From IMG/VR virus record IMGVR_UViG_3300033076_001007, positions 1 through 37,680 of that record: a stretch of DNA of 37,680 nt; one strand, written 5' to 3'. The translations under genes and the position numbers were made by a program. The notes beneath the pieces are model-generated. The model made no database searches. It saw nothing but the letters and a program-made list of their open reading frames with translations, and was not told where the DNA came from. Of the stretch, positions 35,401 through 37,680 are shown in pieces (the first letter of the stretch is position 1; each line of letters opens with the position of its first letter). The DNA comes from a virus (taxonomy: Duplodnaviria; Caudoviricetes).

Positions 35401-37680
35401 ACTGAACGAGTATGAGGTCTTCTGGTACTCGTGGGTCACCTTGCCGTCTTCGACCTTGGTGCGCAGGTACACGAGCGGCGCCCAGCCTGCTGCCTGCGGG
35501 TGTGCCAGTTTGTGCGCCCTGACGGCGGCCGTAATCTCGCGAACCGATATGCCTACGCGATCAGCAGACTCCTCGATCGCTGCGCGCTCTTCTTTGCTGA
35601 TCAGCGCACGTTGTCCAGTAGCACGCTCCCCACGCTCGGCAACCATCTGCAGGCGATCGACGGCTGGCTTTGCGCTCTGATACAGCGTCTGCTCAATCTG
35701 CTCGTCATCGAACACAACGAAAATATTGTCGAGCGGCCCGCCGTCGTAGGTGTTTAACAGGATAACACCATCATGGCCCGCGGCTTTCGCCTTCGCGATC
35801 ACGCTCGCGTAGGACTCCTCGCGGTACGACTGCCCCTTGTAGTCGTGGACGTAGGGGTTCTTGAAGTGCAGGCGGGCGGGGTAGACTACGGGGGAGGTCG
35901 GCTCAAACGGAGGTTCTCCAAACGCGCGAACATAAGCCGCATACGCCTTGTGCGGCGTATCCATTATCTTGCGTGCTTGAGCAACAATCTTCTGCACAGA
36001 GTAATCTGGGTTTGACGATTTCACTTCGTCATAGATAAACGCCCACAATTCCTTCTTTCTGTTAAGCGCAAGATCCTCAACGTCAAGGCTTTCAATGTTC
36101 GGACCAGTGTAACTATTGCTAGTCTCAGGCCTCCCCGCAAAAAAGTGCCCCATCCTCGCGCTCGGCGCGCCAGTGTTCGAACCAAGAACGTCGGAGCGGA
36201 ACCCTTCCTCCGCGATGCGGGCGGACGAGGAGCCGTGGAAGCCGCGGACGGTGACGGGCTTGCCGGTGGCGAAGCGGGTGTCTTCTCCTTGCTGCGTGAT
36301 CTGATCAAGACCGGCAATGATCTCGTTTATTCTTCGACGAGCGTCAGCGACATCTTCAGGTCTGCCAGCAGACTGCTCCTCCATCTTTCTAAGACGCTCG
36401 ATCGCAACGGTTGCGTCATAGGCAACTTGTTCGACGCTTGTCCCCATCCTGTCGAGAGTCGTGTATCCGAGAGAGAACAGCGCGTCATCGCTGAATGCAG
36501 ACATGTCTGGAGGCTTCGGCGCAGCATCCCCAACAAAGTCACCGGTCGGCTCGCGCGTCGGCCCGATCTGATTCACGATCGATCCGTCAGGCGCGAGCGC
36601 GTACTGCGAGATGTCGAGCCCGCGCTCGGCGATGATCTCCTCGACGTCGCGCCCCTCGACCTCTGCCTGCTGGGTCCAGATGCGGGCAAAGATCTTGGCG
36701 TTGGTCTCGGCGGTCTCGCGGCCGTGACCGAGATCCATGAGGCGTTCGGCGGTGCGCTTCTCTAGGGCGGCGCGTTTTTCTTCCTTCGCCTGAACCTGCG
36801 CGATGTCCTGCTCGCCCTTCTCCTTGATGTACTGCTCGGCTTCGCGCGCATTCATCTGGTCAGGCTCGACTCGGATCACGCTGGCGAAGTACTTGTTGTG
36901 CTCGCTCTTGCCGAGCGTGCGCGCGTACTTGCCCATCGGGATGGACAGTTGGTGCTGACCTTCTGCCGCCTGCTTGTACTGCTGGACGTCGCCAAGCACC
37001 TCGACAGCGGCCTGCTCCGGCTCGACGCCTTGCGACTGCCAGTAGGTGTCCCAGTCTGCGACGTCGACGTAGACGTTGTCCTGGCTGGCGCTGCCGACGT
37101 ACTCGGGCGCAGACCGCGTCTGCGCGAGCCGGTCGCCCATCTCCAGCAGGCTGCGCTCGATCGTCTTGGCGCGACGGTAATCGATGATGTCGTTCGCCGT
37201 GCTCGGCGCGGACATGACGCCACCGAACGCAGCGCCAGTGACGCCGCCGGCCAGGCCCGCCTTCAACCACTCTGCGGTGTTCTCGTCAGTAAAGAGGTGC
37301 TCGACAAACTTGTCGTAGGTGATCGGGTTCTTCTCGTCCGCGTTCAGCGTCAGGAAGCTCTTCGCGAAAGCCGGCGTGAACTCCTGCAGCGTCTCAGTCG
37401 CGCCTTCTGCCAGGAAGTTGCCTGCAATGACTTTGCCGATCCGCGTCAGGATGCCGCGCACGGTCGGCGAGTTGATGGCGCTCTTGACCGCCTTGCGCTG
37501 GAACAGTCTGCGAACCGCGACCGCCGCAGGGCTGATCATCGCTTCAGGACCGAACGCGGACTCAAGCAGACCGTTCACGCCGCCGACCGCGATCGAGGCA
37601 TAAGCCGCGTCCTGCGGGTCGACGCCGGGGATGCTGCGCAGTTCGTCCCAGGCGAGCGCGGCTTCGAGCTCGAACGCGCC
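29473..37680 (-). CDS. Giant polyvalent internal virion (ejection) protein, >2735 aa, 5'-truncated
   Basis: The frame stays open from 37578 to the window edge (34 more codons). Contains an ART-like segment (FHGS..G.FF..S..Y..KNP..GHDGV), an HhH-glycosylase-like segment (WY..ATSP..TIDVWAAR..LQAVVW) and a zincin-like HETAH..HEQFA. Confidence 0.9.
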   Translation of the reverse strand, partial: GAFELEAALAWDELRSIPGVDPQDAAYASIAVGGVNGLLESAFGPEAMISPAAVAVRRLFQRKAVKSAINSPTVRGILTRIGKVIAGNFLAEGATETLQEFTPAFAKSFLTLNADEKNPITYDKFVEHLFTDENTAEWLKAGLAGGVTGAAFGGVMSAPSTANDIIDYRRAKTIERSLLEMGDRLAQTRSAPEYVGSASQDNVYVDVADWDTYWQSQGVEPEQAAVEVLGDVQQYKQAAEGQHQLSIPMGKYARTLGKSEHNKYFASVIRVEPDQMNAREAEQYIKEKGEQDIAQVQAKEEKRAALEKRTAERLMDLGHGRETAETNAKIFARIWTQQAEVEGRDVEEIIAERGLDISQYALAPDGSIVNQIGPTREPTGDFVGDAAPKPPDMSAFSDDALFSLGYTTLDRMGTSVEQVAYDATVAIERLRKMEEQSAGRPEDVADARRRINEIIAGLDQITQQGEDTRFATGKPVTVRGFHGSSSARIAEEGFRSDVLGSNTGAPSARMGHFFAGRPETSNSYTGPNIESLDVEDLALNRKKELWAFIYDEVKSSNPDYSVQKIVAQARKIMDTPHKAYAAYVRAFGEPPFEPTSPVVYPARLHFKNPYVHDYKGQSYREESYASVIAKAKAAGHDGVILLNTYDGGPLDNIFVVFDDEQIEQTLYQSAKPAVDRLQMVAERGERATGQRALISKEERAAIEESADRVGISVREITAAVRAHKLAHPQAAGWAPLVYLRTKVEDGKVTHEYQKTSYSFSSDADGRQLGEGTPERKRRVNALAKSMTEEVRRVFARAQAGDKNAQNILAQAGWYKSMRTRLRQEFGGLGDLFADLLGATSPNTPVRDNWSNAVDSLRRAMRGDFDKLIVQWEAWADNIDALESDLKAYFNAGLTIGLSKKDIKAQPEYQAKLDALKEARKLPASMLPTKESGKNYGFNGRNVARAMVGLWRVVRNADADIARGGTAPKAVNFSGNLIGFRERATIDVWAARMLQRLAGGRRIPSMAETGVSGEMREDGSTTLQFGFGQDVFSEAVKRIRSDAELKTDKTLAEINDDDLQAVVWFIEKELWTVNNWTSVAGEGGSFELEADLTGSAKQARIKELRRILDSSRSKPEQKAEARAELATLERTVDRFVGGLSTQMSADTQGVDYVPTDTDMVRLSESIRAAIYEADDGATVLGSKALATEGRYGGVERSLDLEVVAREGFDASPLWLRMLKEAQAAKQDSVFLSRVLRPDEDVDPLVHRPGVEIYFRDAAAADRLEAVLAELATQGVEFFTVVVDGRRSPSAVAGEMPPAVGVRLQYVPEFEQRYGMDSFDGLDDSAVGDRIAERASALRALAERVSAEIEGVSFAGQFWYETQVAFSSQYQEKIDALATGTPEGSTEGVGGKKWVGQSVRQGLEDANRQARETASGEPGGDVLGGDEVRADAEQFLTDQGAPAPDLLLQSGTARPTILNQRNENAPRGFMQIRRQEGAPSRLNIGLLENADLSTFMHETAHAYLEVMRDFVGELQARLARGEKITDRQQQYLDDSDALLKWMKLDDWSQLDVDRHEQFARGFESYLMEGKAPSPELRTAFHRFKIWLTQIYKQITSLNVNLSDEVRGVMDRMLASQEEIEAARQELQIRPIFLDATSAGMSEAQFKNYRKTIEVANAEAHQRLEQAMYDEWVREQKKWWKEETARMENEVEAELLKTRPFRTIVAIATGKLPDGREVPAVKLSRRAIEATYGDEAPEILAALKKHNVVRIEDSISPDEAAQLYGYGSGDEMVRELARTPGLRAEVRRLAGDRMRAEHGDMMRDAGLRAQEARMAVLNERQEQVLEAELKALHALQRAAAPMLKTAAAEQRQAQRQGIATLRAVPGVEVFKQIAEGRISQMRVRDLQPNTYLVAMRKAAKASEEALARQDYVTASAHKQAEALNLQMYLLATKAKAAADKQVAFLRSFSKKSIRERLGKTDYLTPIDAILSRVDLLNVPLRQLDWVAEMQAFLEKKAEEKVPIFLPPELARLTLKKNYKEMTVDELTGINDAVKHLDHMSRHQDRLLKAIDKLQFDELKAKLIESAQERGKGELLEFDDSPQDVVAKTAGNLVALHRKPSFFIRLLDGFKDNGFWHRNVLRPMNEAANRETSMKTEASEKMKAAFDRYTSIGQAIKMKASKATLGMVKDEFFRKTFIPELKTQIYSGNASKANLLMIALNLGNEGNKQRLLDGYGWDEAQVMKALDKHLTRDDWAFVEEIWSLVNGYWPEIAAMHKRVYGVEPGKVEGIPVRTKYGIINGAYFPIKYDSKKGTSQFFKNTEEAANALMSGEAFMAQTKNGHRQARVSAVKGQPISLDIDVIAIHLNNVIHDLTHFEAVNDVNRILRDGDIKREIIANHGEQTLDQLNSWLQDSAAGDRVYMNTLERGLLWMRTGVSVASLGLNLTTAALQVTGYAQSIVRLRPAWAWAGLKSFYSNPFKMSEEILGKSEFMRNRSRTLTQEINEALNTIKGGTKMTAAMFALISKMQSTVDFPTWQGAYLKALDSGMKEADAVSTADQAVRDTQMGGQTGDIAGIMRGNGMAKLFTVFMSYMNTTFNLASESYNKTDFTKPREVGLFIGDMLLLYTVPSVLGMMIREALLPGDDDDDDKTLAEKILREQASMMLGQFVGLRELSGVVQGYGMYQGPAGTRIFGDSVALAVQIGQGEVDQSFLRSANRVGGIVFHYPALQVDRTVRGAVALAEGETDNPLALVAGPPRN
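33378..33563 (-). CDS. 61-aa gene nested out of frame in the giant protein gene
   Basis: AGGAG 7 nt before ATG; MPSQLELLKEALKESEARSGSDNPFVKGLKMQIARLEK helix-turn-helix hairpin pattern; G/C-ending codons shift to this frame. Confidence 0.65.
   Translation of the reverse strand: MPSQLELLKEALKESEARSGSDNPFVKGLKMQIARLEKPRAENPVEMYSAGTRSAPMPNNS

Noticed and set aside
36327-36542. Second nested ORF in the giant gene
   Set aside because: No clear RBS and the peptide looks like off-frame noise; the main frame looks folded here.

Overview
The whole window is temperate tailed-phage DNA, with no host genes, apparently a non-integrated or circularly permuted genome with lambdoid regulation and podovirus-like virion genes. 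From left to right: (1-5069, minus) FN3/Ig/repeat-rich putative virion decoration or fibre genes; (5066-7364, minus) lysis cassette interrupted by an antisense NUMOD4-HNH endonuclease; pR'/tR'-like late control and a Q-like gene; small accessory genes, RusA, a PD-(D/E)XK nuclease, an iteron-like origin and a primase-polymerase/helicase; a lambda-like cro/cI switch with 15-bp operators; (14965-24723, plus) early operon with Sak4-like ATPase, DUF669 SSB, exonuclease, SF2 helicase, shuffled small genes, excisionase and tyrosine integrase; a small extra cassette and a candidate attP; (26230-37680, minus) lipoprotein, two tail-fibre-like genes and a giant (>2735 aa) polyvalent internal virion protein. 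Three observations stand out. First, the HNH element sits in the 5' end of the endolysin gene and supplies a synonymously recoded replacement for the first 13 codons, leaving the original 5' end stranded. Second, a 61-aa gene with its own RBS appears overprinted inside the giant protein gene. Third, the candidate attP encodes a MutS-like N-terminus, suggesting integration into mutS with start replacement. All family assignments come from motif recognition by eye; no searches were run.
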